This document shows, in pieces, positions 1 to 10,080 of a stretch of 50,462 nt of DNA (the stretch's first letter is position 1; every line of letters starts with the position of its first letter). The notes under the pieces were generated by a model. It had not been told where the DNA came from. It was given only the letters and a program-made list of their open reading frames with translations, and did not search any database. Made by a program: the position numbers and the translations under genes. Source of the DNA: Candidatus Moanibacter sp. (lineage in GTDB: Bacteria; Verrucomicrobiota; Verrucomicrobiia; Opitutales; UBA2987); contig CBDCEW010000019.1 of the NCBI GenBank assembly GCA_965215885.1, positions 1 through 50,462 on the forward strand, read 5' to 3'.

Positions 1-1065
1 CGATATAATCCTTCCCTTCAATGCGATATTTGCCTCGCTCTCTGGCAATTGTAACGGTGTTCGCACTATCGAGGTCCTCGAAAGAGACGATTTCAGCCCG
101 GATAAAATTCTCCTCAAAGTCAGTGTGTACGAGTCCTGCGCACTGGGGAGCTCTCATTGAGGTGTTGAATGCCCATGCTCTGACTTGCTCATCATTAAAC
201 GTGAAAAATGAAACCAGACCCAGGAGGTCAAAGGTGGAGCGGATGGAGCTCACTTACACCGGAGTTTTCAGCTCCCAACTCCTTCAAGAACTCCCCCCGC
301 TTCCGCATCGGTGAATTCGATGAGATCCTCCTCGAGCCTGGCACACATTAAACAGATCCCGGCATTGTGACGCTCTTTGACATAGCTGCTAACCTCGTTT
401 AGGTAGGAATTACCCTCTGGCGCACTGAGATCGGTTTCCGCCACGTTGCAGGCAAAGAGGACTGGTTTGGCGGAGAGGAGGAAGAGGCGTTGCATGACGG
501 CAGATTCCTCCTCGTTTAGAGGAAGGGTGTGGGCGGACTTTGCGGCGTTCAGATGGGGTTGAAGACGCTCCAGCAGGGAGAGATTATCGGCGGCCTCCTG
601 GTCTCCTCCTCTCGCCTTTTTTGAATTTCTTGCGATCTGATTCTCCACTGACTGAAGATCCGCGAGCACCAGTTCGGCGGAGATTGTCTCTATATCGCGA
701 ACAGGGTCTACCGCACCCATGGTGTGCGCGATATTGGCATCATCGAAGCAGCGAACGATCTCGACGATGGCGTCGACTTCGCGGATTTGAGCGAGAAATC
801 GGTTCCCCAGACCTTCCCCTTTACTGGAGCCAGCAACCAGACCTGCAATATCGACTATTTCGATAGCCGACGGTATGGAGTTTTCGACATTAACGATTTC
901 GACTAATCGTTGCAGACGGCGGTCCGGGATCTGCACGACACCGACGTTCGGTTCAATTGTGCAGAATGGATAGTTGGCTGCGTCAGCTTTTCGAGAGCGA
1001 GTCAGTGCATTGAAAAGGGTGGACTTGCCGACGTTGGGCAATCCAACTATACCTGCTTGCAACAT
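1..1065 (-). CDS. ychF: Redox-regulated/ribosome-binding ATPase YchF; two +1 frameshifts near 293-298 and 245-246; 3' end runs off the window
   Basis: ORF 268..1065 has GIVGLPNVGKST, ANYPFCTIEPN and DIAGLV motifs. The YchF C-terminal part (LLGLVSFFT...VRAW...APQCAGLVHTDFE..FIRAE...RIEGKDYI) continues in shifted frames down to base 1. Confidence 0.93.
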
Positions 1066-1069
1066 GGTT

Positions 1070-1302
1070 TAGTCCGCTTATTTCGGAAAATAAGCGGACT
1101 AGAAAGCGAAACTGATTTGTAATTTGCTGATATTGAAGACATTGAACAATAAGTTTCTTATTCTTCTTACAGTCTAATATCTAACAGTCTGTCGAGATGA
1201 ATTTCCGTAAATCGATCCTTGCGCAAGCTTAATTATTTGATGATCAGTAAATTACAAATCGGTTTCGCCCTTAACCCGTAAATCCGTGAGATTTTCGGGT
1301 TA
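1070..1302. repeat. Composite inverted-repeat element (hairpin, 26-bp IR, spacer, IR, hairpin) between divergent ychF and rpsP
   Basis: Hairpin 1070-1101; IR 1106-1131 matches 1243-1268 at 24/26; hairpin 1272-1302. The first hairpin recurs at 3765-3795. Confidence 0.75.
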
Positions 1303-1533
1303 GCACAATTGAATCGGGAAACCTGCTTGACAAGGATTTCTCGAACCGCTTTTCTCTGCACTTTTCTTTTCGCCGATTCCCGCTGTGAATGTCGTTATAC
1401 AGGAAATTGCAACATCCTCAAGTTCCGGCCGATAACAGGCTGAGTAACAATCTGAATACGGCGTTGCCTTCGAGAAGCAAATGAATTGAAAGTATCTCTC
1501 CATGATTATTAAGGAGACTCTCAAGAAAATCAA

Positions 1534-2376
1534 ATGGCTGTAAAACTACGGTTGCAGCGACGCGGAGCCAGGCATACACCCTTTTATCGTGTCGTGGCGG
1601 CGGATGGGCGGTCTCCTCGCGATGGGAGATTCGTGGAGATACTGGGAACCTATGATCCCTCTGCGAAGAACGCGGGGGACCAATTGAATCTAAAGAGCGA
1701 CCGCGTCGAATATTGGTTGAGTGTAGGGGCGTGCCCTTCCCATACTGTTCGCACTCTCATCCTTCGTGCGAAAAGAGGTGCCTTACGTGAAGCGGAAAGG
1801 GAGGAAGGGGAAGAGCCGGTTGCGGTTGCAGTTGCGGTGCCAGCCGAACAACCTCCAGTCGTTGAAGAGGTGAAAGAGGAGCCGCCGGTCGTTGAAGAGG
1901 CGGCCGAGCCGGTAGTTGAGGAGACCACGGATTCAACCACTGAAGTCGCATCCGAACCGGCTGAAGAGAGCGAGGCGGAGGCGGCAGTCACCGTCCAAGA
2001 CGATGCGGGGGTGGAAGTATTGGAGGAATCTCCCGGTTCCGAAGAGAAGCTGTCCGAGCAGGAAGATGCTGTTGGGTTAGAGGAGGCCGAGGTCTCGATG
2101 GATAGCTCGGATGAAGCCGCCCCCGACACAAAAGAAGGTATCGAGGATGTGATGGAAGCGCAGCCCGATGAATCTGAGGGAGATTCAGCGGCTGAGGAAG
2201 ATCCTGAGGCTGCGGATAAGGCGGTCGCTCAGGTCGAGTCTCCGATCTCCGCAACGAATACCGAGGTGCCGGAAACTGGTGATCCCGAATCCGAGCCGGT
2301 GGAAGAGGTGAGTGAATCCCACCCTTCCGATGAAGCCTCGGATAAGGAAAAGGATTCGACCAGAAACGACACTTGA
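1534..2376 (+). CDS. rpsP: 30S ribosomal protein S16 with a long acidic low-complexity C-terminal extension
   Basis: MAVKLRLQRRG...PFYRVVAADGRSPRDGRFVEILGTYDP...YWLSVGACPS is the S16 core (~85 aa), followed by an E/D/A/P-rich tail. Lies upstream of trmD-rplS. Confidence 0.97.
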   Translation: MAVKLRLQRRGARHTPFYRVVAADGRSPRDGRFVEILGTYDPSAKNAGDQLNLKSDRVEYWLSVGACPSHTVRTLILRAKRGALREAEREEGEEPVAVAVAVPAEQPPVVEEVKEEPPVVEEAAEPVVEETTDSTTEVASEPAEESEAEAAVTVQDDAGVEVLEESPGSEEKLSEQEDAVGLEEAEVSMDSSDEAAPDTKEGIEDVMEAQPDESEGDSAAEEDPEAADKAVAQVESPISATNTEVPETGDPESEPVEEVSESHPSDEASDKEKDSTRNDT

Positions 2377-2423
2377 TTTGGGCACTTCTGAAGAATCTCT
2401 AACCGTGATTAAATTGGGTGAAG

Positions 2424-3122
2424 ATGGCTGCCGCATTGACTATCGATATGCTTACGTTGTTTCCCGGAATGGCTTCGGGGTTTCTCAGCGAAAGCATGCT
2501 CGGACGTGCAGTCGAGGCCGGCATTCTTGATATTCGACTTCGAAATATCCGTGACTGGGCTAAAGACAAGCACCAGGTAACGGATGACCGGCCGTTTGGT
2601 GGAGGGGCCGGTATGGTCCTCAAACCTGAGCCTCTTTATTTGGCAATCGAGGCACTGCGCGCTGAGGAAAGCACGGTAATTTATTTATCGCCGGATGGAG
2701 AACCACTCAGCAGTGGGCTTGCCCGTCAACTTGCCGTGATGGGGCACCTCATCCTGGTGAGCGGCCACTACGAGGGAATCGACCAACGTATCAGGGATAA
2801 ATTGATCGATCGCGAGATCAGTATTGGCGATTATGTCCTCACAAATGGGACCCTCTCGGCGGCCGTTTTGATTGATTGTGTAAGCCGATATGTCCCGGGT
2901 GTTTTAGGAGAGGAAAAATCCTTGACCCAAGATAGCTTTGCGGGCAACTTGCTCTCCTTTCCTCAATACACTCGGCCGGCCGAGTTTCGTGGATTGAGGG
3001 TTCCTGAGATCCTTTTGACGGGAAATCATGTTGCGATTGAACATTGGAGAAATCTTCAGCGAGAGGAAAGAACCAGGCGACTTCGTCCAGATCTGCATTC
3101 AAAGCATACTTCGCAACGATGA
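2424..3122 (+). CDS. trmD: tRNA (guanine-N1)-methyltransferase TrmD
   Basis: [40 protein letters not shown] and YTRP motifs; ATG at 2424 preferred over GTG at 2418. Confidence 0.98.
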   Translation: MAAALTIDMLTLFPGMASGFLSESMLGRAVEAGILDIRLRNIRDWAKDKHQVTDDRPFGGGAGMVLKPEPLYLAIEALRAEESTVIYLSPDGEPLSSGLARQLAVMGHLILVSGHYEGIDQRIRDKLIDREISIGDYVLTNGTLSAAVLIDCVSRYVPGVLGEEKSLTQDSFAGNLLSFPQYTRPAEFRGLRVPEILLTGNHVAIEHWRNLQREERTRRLRPDLHSKHTSQR

Positions 3123-3484
3123 ATCCACTCATTCGGGAGATTACAAAAGACCAGCTGAAGACTGGTCGGGATGAATTTAAGGTAGGTGATGGTGTCCGCG
3201 TCCATACCAAGGTGAGGGAGGGGGGAAAGGAACGGATTCAGATTTTCGCCGGAATCGTGATTTGTCGCAAAGGGTCGGGAATACATGAGACCTTTACTGT
3301 TCGAAGAATCTCCTACGGAGAAGGCGTCGAACGTGTATTTCCGGTTCATTCTCCGAATATCGAGAAGATCGAGGTCGATCGCGAAAGTGTAGTGAGGAGG
3401 GCCCGGATGTACTACCTGCGAGACCGGGTTGGAAAACGCGCGATCAAAGTTAAGGAAAAGGGGTTCGTGGAACGCGGTAGGTGA
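3119..3484 (+). CDS. rplS: 50S ribosomal protein L19
   Basis: [56 protein letters not shown] overlap with the trmD stop. Confidence 0.98.
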   Translation: MNPLIREITKDQLKTGRDEFKVGDGVRVHTKVREGGKERIQIFAGIVICRKGSGIHETFTVRRISYGEGVERVFPVHSPNIEKIEVDRESVVRRARMYYLRDRVGKRAIKVKEKGFVERGR

Positions 3485-3623
3485 GGAATCTGCCGGACCA
3501 GGAATCTGTCGGGTTTAGCCCCTCGACACGCTCGGGACAGGCTTTTCTGAACTCGCCGAGAAAAAGAACCATCTGGGTGCTTTCGTGAAATGCGGAGGGA
3601 TTCGACCTCCGACATATTCCTAA
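3484..3623. repeat. MITE-like element with AGGAATCTGTCGG / CCGACATATTCCT terminal inverted repeats
   Basis: Left ends at 3484-3497 and 3500-3512, right end at 3609-3621. Same TIR family at 26730-26934, 35989-36088, 40840-40900 and ~41831-41925. Confidence 0.7.
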
Positions 3624-3873
3624 TCACTCTGCCGAGCGGCCGAGTGTAGACTAATTCGAATCGGGCGAATGACCTTCCCAGTTCATCTTTTCACGTCTAC
3701 TTTTTTAGTGGAAATCGCTCCTGACTTTCGTCCATGAGCCTGTGGACAGAGACCGACTGGCTCTTAGTCCACTTATTTCAGGAAATAAGCGGACTCAGGA
3801 AATAAGGGAGTTTTGTATTCCGTCAGATTTGTAGTATGATTGGGACGGTCGGTTCCTGGCCCGGTAAATCACC

Positions 3874-6800
3874 ATGAAGAGCTCAAAGCGATTCCTTACT
3901 GTTTTTGGACTTATCTTTGTGTTGTTGGGCGCTCTTGCGGCTTTGGCGTTTCTTCCAGGATTCCAGAAGTTTCTCTTCTTGAATCTTCTCCCAGAGGGCA
4001 ATGGTAGGCGGTACGAGATTGAGACTCTCAAGATCAGACCTGGGACGATAATCGTCGAGAAATTCCTCTACCAGGATGAAGGAATCGGGATTCGCGTCGA
4101 AGAGGTTGACCTGGAAGTCTCCCTTTTGGCAGCTCTGCTCGGTAAGAAAATCCGTTTGTCAAAGGGGGTAATTACGGGCGCGAAGCTGGATTTATCCAAA
4201 TTAATGGTGAAGCCGCCACTCGCTTCTGAGGAGGCCGACTCACTGTCCATGATTCAAGATCACCGGAGAATCAAAGGGCTCTTATCCACATTCGACACTG
4301 ATTATCTTTTTTGGATCGGGGAGATAGCAATTGAAGGAGAGATCATTCTGCCCGGGGAGCGTGGCGTTATTTTAGAGGTCGATGGACATGACATTGCGCC
4401 GGGTCAGACAGGAACTTTGAAATTTGACGGCATCTTTAGCGATACTTCCCCTGACGCCCCGAAATCAAGAACTGGAATCGAGGGGTCGATCCGTGTCACT
4501 CAAGGAGCCGAAACCGGTTTAAGAGAGTTGCGGCTGAACTTGCTGGTCTTAGCGGATGGGCCGGATACTGGTGCCTCTTCCGGGCTCAATTTCGGAATCG
4601 GAGTCAAAAGGGAGGAATATTCCGAAGAGATTCTCGTGGTATTGGAAGATATGGGAATTAATGAGGAACGAAGACAACTGTTGGAAATCGAAGCGGCTCT
4701 CGATTCCGCTTCCGGTGCTGCGACTGGCGAATATTCGGTCAACCTGAGTCGAAGAGACATCTCCTTTCTGAGTGCCCGGCTCCCCCTCCCCGAATTCCGT
4801 GCGCGTGGCTCGGGTAAACTCTCCTACGATTTCAATGCGTTTGAGGGCAGTATATCCAGTGATCTTGAAGTTGTCGTAACGAAACTTTACGAGCTTTTTC
4901 CAGAACTGAGTGAGGTCGGCGAACTCAATATGCAGAGCAGGATGGAACTTGCCGTCGAGGGCGGCATTGTTTCGGTGGAGGTAGTCAGCCTGAGTCTGGG
5001 TGAGGATGGAGGCACAAACTTGCTGAAATGTGACACATTAAAGCCATTTGCTATCGATCTTAGCCAGGACGAGCTGGCAATACCCGAGGTCGAGGGTGAG
5101 CTTCTCTCCTTCAAGTTATCGAATTTTCCGTTTTCCTGGCTGGCTCCCTGGTTTGTTGGCGAGAGTTATTCCCTAACGGCTGACGCGGTCTCCGGGGAGT
5201 TCGTTCTGTCCAATAGAGCGAATAGGATACGACTCGCTCCCCTAGAGAAGCTATCGCTGGAGGGGCTCTCCATATACGGTGCTGAAGAATTGCTGCTTTT
5301 GAGCGAAACCGATGTCAGTCTGACTCCAACTTTCACTTACGGCAGCGGGCAGACGAGCGTTGAGCTGGACGATTTCAAAGTGACCGCGAAGGAGCAAACA
5401 TTGGTTGCGGGTGAGGGGGCATTGGACGTTTCACACAGCGCCGGAGCGAAATCGTTACTCTCTTCGTCGGGTCGATACGTTTTCCACGTCTCGAGTTGGC
5501 GAGATCAACCGGTTGTATCTGCTTTTCGGGAGCGCATACCCGATTCGAAATATTCACTCATGACGGACTTTGAATTCTCTCTCTCGGGTGACAGCCTGTC
5601 ATTAAATTCGCTGCGGGCTACCCTCCGGGATGATGAAAACGGCAACTCGGTGGGGAATTTTGAGTTACTCGATACTCTGAATCTGGATTTGGCGGTTGAG
5701 TGGAATTCATTTCCCGATTTCACCGGGGAGCTCTTGAAGATAGATTTTTGTGAGTTCCCGGTGAATGTCTTGGCGCCATTCATAGACGACGTCTCGTTCG
5801 ATGGTGAGGTTATTGCGGGAAGTTTAATATTGTCGGGAGAGGAAGGAGCACTGCAGATGGACTTTGCGGAGCCGGTCACGGTGTCCGGATTTTCCATGGC
5901 ATTGGGAGAGAAGGAGGTTCTCAGAAAGGTTAACTTCAGCGGACTCCCAAGGGTGGTCTACGGTCAGGATCGAGTGGAGTGTCTCTGGAGGGACTTGAAA
6001 GTGAGTGCGGGAGGAGAGCATGTTATCTCCGGCAGTGGAGAAATATTGGTCACTCCCGGAGTGGAAAACCCTTTGAGGAGAGCGAAATTCGAACTCGAGA
6101 GTAACTTGGGATTGCTCCTGAAGCAGCCGGTGTTTGCACCTTACGGAAATATCAAGTCCGGATTCTTATCGCTTAGTGGTGAAGTCGATTTGGTCGATCG
6201 GAGGAGAGTCTTTGCCAGGTCCCGGATTCGCGATCTGCATACCGGCAGTGATGCAGGCGCTCAGCTTGCGGTAATAGATATGGAACTGGAGGGCCGTCTG
6301 CAGGGGGAGCGTTTTATCGCCGAGATACCGCTGGTCGCGACAGGGGTCGGGGGAAAGACGGATGTCTCATTGATCGCAACGTTTGATCCTGGAGGCGAGG
6401 ACTTGCATTTTGATTTGGAGGCTAGAGGTGGGCGGCTATCGATCGACGATATGCTCACGGTAGCGGAGGCGTTTAGTCTGCGACGGAGGACAGGGGCCAC
6501 GAGTGTCGAGGCGATACCCGGGAGTTCCTCCAATCGGCTGGAGGGAAGCAGCCACGAACCACCTCGCGACGAGAAACCTTTTTGGAGCGGTTATGTGGGT
6601 AGGGCCGTTCTCGATATAGAGAAAGTCAGCCATAAGAGTGTTGGGGAATTTGACGACTTTTCGGCAGTTTTCAACGTTCAGACCGATCGGCTCTCGGTCG
6701 ATCGATTCAGAGGTGAGATAAACGGGAGCCCCTTTGATTTTCGGGGCACAGTCCGATTCGAGCCACGTTCATTGGAGCCTTATTCCCTTGCGGGAGAGTT

Positions 6801-7620
6801 CACCCTGCAGAGGTTTGCCGCGGGTGAGTTTTACAGGAAGACGCGAACCGGCGAGAAGCCGCTGGTTGAGGGGTTGTTTACCTTTCAAGGGCGGACTGAA
6901 GGTGAAGCCTCGACTCTTGCCCAACTGTTTGAGCGAGTGAGAGGTGAGTTCAGTGTTACGAATCACAGGAGTGGACTCTTTCGCGTTCTTGCTTCGGGTG
7001 GAAGTAAGGCAGAATCGGGGGCAGTGCTGGCCGGGATGGCCGGTCTCATTTTGGGGGACAAGGTTCGAGAGTTGAACACTCTAAGCCGGACAACGGCTTA
7101 CCTGAGCGAGGTTCAGTACGATTCTGTTTCGGTGAGCGTTACCCGCGGGCGAGATTTGGACATCGATCTTACCGAATTTGTCGTGCAGGGACCCGAGGTG
7201 TTACTAATCGGCAATGGTGGAATTACCTACCAGGAGGGACTCCAAGTTTTGGAACAACCATTGTACATTAGTGCACAGTTAGGGGCAAAGGAGGAGGCCG
7301 CCTATCTATTTAATGATCTAAGACAGTTGAGGAATATCAAAAATGAAGCCGGCTACTACGCGGGCCCTTCCTTCTCCATTCGAGGTACTCTTCGAAATCC
7401 CGACAGTTCGGAATTGAATCGACTTCTCAGGCAAGCCGCGTTCGGTGCGTTCGGGTTCGGGCGTAAACCGGTGGATCTGGAGGGCGAACAAACGCAGGAT
7501 GACGAAAGCGGTGTTTCCCAAAGTCCGGAGAGAGAGTCTCTTCAAGATGAGAGGGATCGCACGACGGATCCTGATGAGCAAATAATCAGGTCGATATTCG
7601 ATTTGTTTGGCGATGGGTAG
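3874..7620 (+). CDS. Large membrane-anchored AsmA-like (beta-rich, possible lipid-bridge) protein
   Basis: 1248-aa ORF with an N-terminal TM helix and long alternating hydrophobic beta-strand pattern; C-terminal region resembles AsmA-like C-termini. Family call is by inspection only. Confidence 0.55.
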   Translation: MKSSKRFLTVFGLIFVLLGALAALAFLPGFQKFLFLNLLPEGNGRRYEIETLKIRPGTIIVEKFLYQDEGIGIRVEEVDLEVSLLAALLGKKIRLSKGVITGAKLDLSKLMVKPPLASEEADSLSMIQDHRRIKGLLSTFDTDYLFWIGEIAIEGEIILPGERGVILEVDGHDIAPGQTGTLKFDGIFSDTSPDAPKSRTGIEGSIRVTQGAETGLRELRLNLLVLADGPDTGASSGLNFGIGVKREEYSEEILVVLEDMGINEERRQLLEIEAALDSASGAATGEYSVNLSRRDISFLSARLPLPEFRARGSGKLSYDFNAFEGSISSDLEVVVTKLYELFPELSEVGELNMQSRMELAVEGGIVSVEVVSLSLGEDGGTNLLKCDTLKPFAIDLSQDELAIPEVEGELLSFKLSNFPFSWLAPWFVGESYSLTADAVSGEFVLSNRANRIRLAPLEKLSLEGLSIYGAEELLLLSETDVSLTPTFTYGSGQTSVELDDFKVTAKEQTLVAGEGALDVSHSAGAKSLLSSSGRYVFHVSSWRDQPVVSAFRERIPDSKYSLMTDFEFSLSGDSLSLNSLRATLRDDENGNSVGNFELLDTLNLDLAVEWNSFPDFTGELLKIDFCEFPVNVLAPFIDDVSFDGEVIAGSLILSGEEGALQMDFAEPVTVSGFSMALGEKEVLRKVNFSGLPRVVYGQDRVECLWRDLKVSAGGEHVISGSGEILVTPGVENPLRRAKFELESNLGLLLKQPVFAPYGNIKSGFLSLSGEVDLVDRRRVFARSRIRDLHTGSDAGAQLAVIDMELEGRLQGERFIAEIPLVATGVGGKTDVSLIATFDPGGEDLHFDLEARGGRLSIDDMLTVAEAFSLRRRTGATSVEAIPGSSSNRLEGSSHEPPRDEKPFWSGYVGRAVLDIEKVSHKSVGEFDDFSAVFNVQTDRLSVDRFRGEINGSPFDFRGTVRFEPRSLEPYSLAGEFTLQRFAAGEFYRKTRTGEKPLVEGLFTFQGRTEGEASTLAQLFERVRGEFSVTNHRSGLFRVLASGGSKAESGAVLAGMAGLILGDKVRELNTLSRTTAYLSEVQYDSVSVSVTRGRDLDIDLTEFVVQGPEVLLIGNGGITYQEGLQVLEQPLYISAQLGAKEEAAYLFNDLRQLRNIKNEAGYYAGPSFSIRGTLRNPDSSELNRLLRQAAFGAFGFGRKPVDLEGEQTQDDESGVSQSPERESLQDERDRTTDPDEQIIRSIFDLFGDG

Positions 7621-7850
7621 AAAACTTACATTGAGAAGAAGATTTAACAGGAGAAAACAGAGAGAAACGGATCCCGCGGAGCCGGACAGGGAGAAAGAGG
7701 AAAGAATTCTCAGGCAAAGCTCCCGGCATGCCGGGACAAAGGGGGGAGAGGAAGACCCTGCCGGAATGGGAATACGTACTACGATCTTTAAACTTCCTGT
7801 TTTTTAGGAAAGTATTGGGGTAGAAGAGACTGATAATCAGTGTATTGAAG

Positions 7851-8022
7851 TCGACGAGGTTTGCGACGAGGTTCGCGACAAGGTTACCAGGGAAGCCGAA
7901 GTTTCCTTGGACATTTAGACATGATAGTTCTAATCGGTAACGGGTTCGACAGGCTTATTTCAGGCACGTAAAGTGTTCAATGCAGCAAACCTCGTCGCAA
8001 ACCTTGGCGCGAACCTTGTCGA
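7851..8022. repeat. Two inverted arrays of a 12-bp unit (CGACGAGGTTTG-like, three copies each)
   Basis: 7851-7885 tcgacgaggtttgcgacgaggttcgcgacaaggtt and, inverted, 7987-8022 aaacctcgtcgcaaaccttggcgcgaaccttgtcga. The same unit occurs at ~46356-46378. Confidence 0.75.
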
Positions 8023-8231
8023 AGCACCCATCGGCTACGAAGTCGGATTCCATTCCCGGTTCAACTGGTTCCCTATCCGTGGTACTGCGGAGCCATGGGT
8101 GGGTCTACTCTTCCTCTCTTGGGCTTCTCTGTTTCCTCCTGTTCAATTTTCTTCAATTTGGAATGACCTACGAGTTTTGGTTGCGGCGGGAGGCTGCTTT
8201 AGGGTAGGCTATTTGAAAATAGGCCGATAAT

Positions 8232-8810
8232 ATGCCGCTGGATATTTCAGAATTCGGTACCGCTATAGGGGCGTTTCTGGAGGATGTTGATCTTCCTCCG
8301 CTCGATGCAGGAGTGCCGAACGATGCCGCAAGAGCAGATCTTTGCTCTCTCGATGTCGATAACGCTTTCAAGGATTTTGGGGTAATCGACGAAGAAATGG
8401 GACGATGTTGCATCTCCGGATTGCTACTATTGCATGGTTTCTTAGATGAATCTCATCGAATCAGTCAGGGTGTGGGCAGCGCGACCGGCAGTTACTGGCA
8501 CGGAATCATGCATCGACGAGAGGGAGACTTCAGTAATGCGAAATACTGGTTTCGAAACACGGGGAAGCACCCGATTTGGCCGGACTTAGGTGCTAAGGCG
8601 ACTAAACTCGCACAAGAGTCGTTGGGAAATAATGCTCCCGATTTTCTTTATGAACAGGCAGTTTGGGATCCGTTCAAATTTGTCGATCTCTGTGAGGCTT
8701 CAGTTCATCAGGGCGACAGTCTTGAGCAGCTCTGCCGTGAAATTCAAATGAGTGAATGGGAGACACTGTTCAGATTCTCCTTTTGCAAGGCGATCGGAAG
8801 AGACGACTGA
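8232..8810 (+). CDS. Conserved hypothetical protein (YWHGIMHRREGDFSNAKYWF motif)
   Basis: 192-aa ORF with a conserved-looking helical motif; TGATG overlap with the downstream FGE gene. Confidence 0.8.
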   Translation: MPLDISEFGTAIGAFLEDVDLPPLDAGVPNDAARADLCSLDVDNAFKDFGVIDEEMGRCCISGLLLLHGFLDESHRISQGVGSATGSYWHGIMHRREGDFSNAKYWFRNTGKHPIWPDLGAKATKLAQESLGNNAPDFLYEQAVWDPFKFVDLCEASVHQGDSLEQLCREIQMSEWETLFRFSFCKAIGRDD

Positions 8811-9829
8811 TGGAGAATCCAGCTCCCAATGAAGCGTGTTGCGCTCCGCCGCAGGACGCATTGTCAGACCGGAATCGATTGGGAGAGAGTTGCAGCACGG
8901 GTCTGAAGGCTTACCTACCGGAAAGTAGCGGAACAGCGGAGAATATCTCCTTTGCGAACACCGGATCTACAGAGGGCATGATTCGGCTGGAAGGGGGCAA
9001 TTTTCTTATGGGTAGCGAGGATGCGGATGTGTGGCCTGAAGATGGAGAAGGTCCCGTTCGCGAAGTGCAGTTGGCGCCATTTTATCTGGACCGGACTGTC
9101 GTGACCAACGCCCGGTTCGCGGAGTTCGTAAATTCCGCCGGCTACGTGACGGAGGCGGAGTTATTCCGCTGGTCATACGTTTTCAGAGTCTTGTTGCCAA
9201 AATCCAAGCAACGTAAGCTCAAGAACTCGCATACGGTGATGGGATTGCAGTGGTGGTATGCGATCGAAGGTTCTACCTGGCGTAAACCTGAAGGGCCCGG
9301 CTCAAATATTAAAAAGCGGATGGACCATCCTGTAATACACGTTTCATGGAGCGACGCCATTGCCTATTGCAGGTGGGCTGGAAAGCGATTGCCGTCGGAG
9401 GCCGAATGGGAATATGCCGCTCGCGGAGGACTCGCTCAGAGGCGTTTCCCATGGGGTGACGAGTTGACCCCCAACGGCAAACATCAGTGCAATATATGGC
9501 AAGGACAGTTCCCTGACCTAAACACCGTCGAAGACGGTTACCTGGGTACGGCACCAGCGCGATCTTTTAGAAGCAATGGTTTTGGATTCAAAAGCATGTC
9601 GGGAAATGTCTGGGAATGGTGCATGGATTGGTTCAGTCCTAATTGGCACAGGACCGCTTCAAAAGAAAATCCGCGAGGACCGGATTTGGGTGAGCGTAAG
9701 GTGATGAAAGGCGGTTCGTATCTCTGCCACGACAGTTATTGCAATCGCTATCGGGTTGCCGCCCGCACGGGTAACACTCCTGACAGTTCGACGGGGAATT
9801 GCGGCTTTCGATGTGCTCGGGATGTGTAG
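8810..9829 (+). CDS. Formylglycine-generating enzyme (SUMF1/FGE family)
   Basis: HPVIHVSWSDA, KRLPSEAEWEYAARGG, GNVWEW, and KGGSYLCHDSYCNRYRVAAR with the catalytic CxxxxC pair, then GFRC. Confidence 0.93.
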   Translation: MENPAPNEACCAPPQDALSDRNRLGESCSTGLKAYLPESSGTAENISFANTGSTEGMIRLEGGNFLMGSEDADVWPEDGEGPVREVQLAPFYLDRTVVTNARFAEFVNSAGYVTEAELFRWSYVFRVLLPKSKQRKLKNSHTVMGLQWWYAIEGSTWRKPEGPGSNIKKRMDHPVIHVSWSDAIAYCRWAGKRLPSEAEWEYAARGGLAQRRFPWGDELTPNGKHQCNIWQGQFPDLNTVEDGYLGTAPARSFRSNGFGFKSMSGNVWEWCMDWFSPNWHRTASKENPRGPDLGERKVMKGGSYLCHDSYCNRYRVAARTGNTPDSSTGNCGFRCARDV

Positions 9830-9858
9830 TCCGGAAATCTGGTTAGATTTCCGGGTTA
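9827..9858. repeat. Short palindromic element starting at the FGE stop codon (possible terminator role)
   Basis: TAGTCCGGAAATCT-ggtt-AGATTTCCGGGTTA; relatives at 1272-1302, 42083-42111 and 48473-48490. Confidence 0.65.
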
Positions 9859-9981
9859 GTTCATATTATGTAGGGAGGCTGTCATCAGATGGACAGTTTC
9901 GTTCGCGGGATGAGGTAGATAGAGTCGCGGATATTGCCCTAATCGGCTTTCCTCCAATCACTTAGGACGCTAGGCGAAAGT

Positions 9982-9998
9982 CTGGCATATTTCCTGCC
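9982..9998 (+). promoter_or_regulatory. Candidate sigma54 (-24/-12) promoter for the TRAP operon
   Basis: CTGGCATATTTCCTGCC has the GG-N10-GC spacing with a TGGCA -24 box, about 80 bp upstream of the tatT start. Confidence 0.4.
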
Positions 9999-10080
9999 AT
10001 AGCTCGGCTGCGCTGTGGTCTTTCAGTCGGAAACGACGCCGAGGCTACCGGTTGTCAATTGGGAAGGAAAAGGTGAGCCG

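Noticed and set aside
1327..1356. sigma70 promoter for rpsP (TTGACA at 1327)
   Set aside because: Perfect -35 but no credible -10 at 16-18 bp; the TTGACA at 13933 has the same problem.
1650..2129. Ser/Thr-rich 159-aa minus-strand ORF
   Set aside because: Antisense shadow of the acidic S16 tail.
7930..8230. Possible tmRNA suggested by gggttcgacagg
   Set aside because: No GGGG 5' acceptor strand, no tRNA-like 3' end and no tag reading frame; the motif also occurs in a local repeat.
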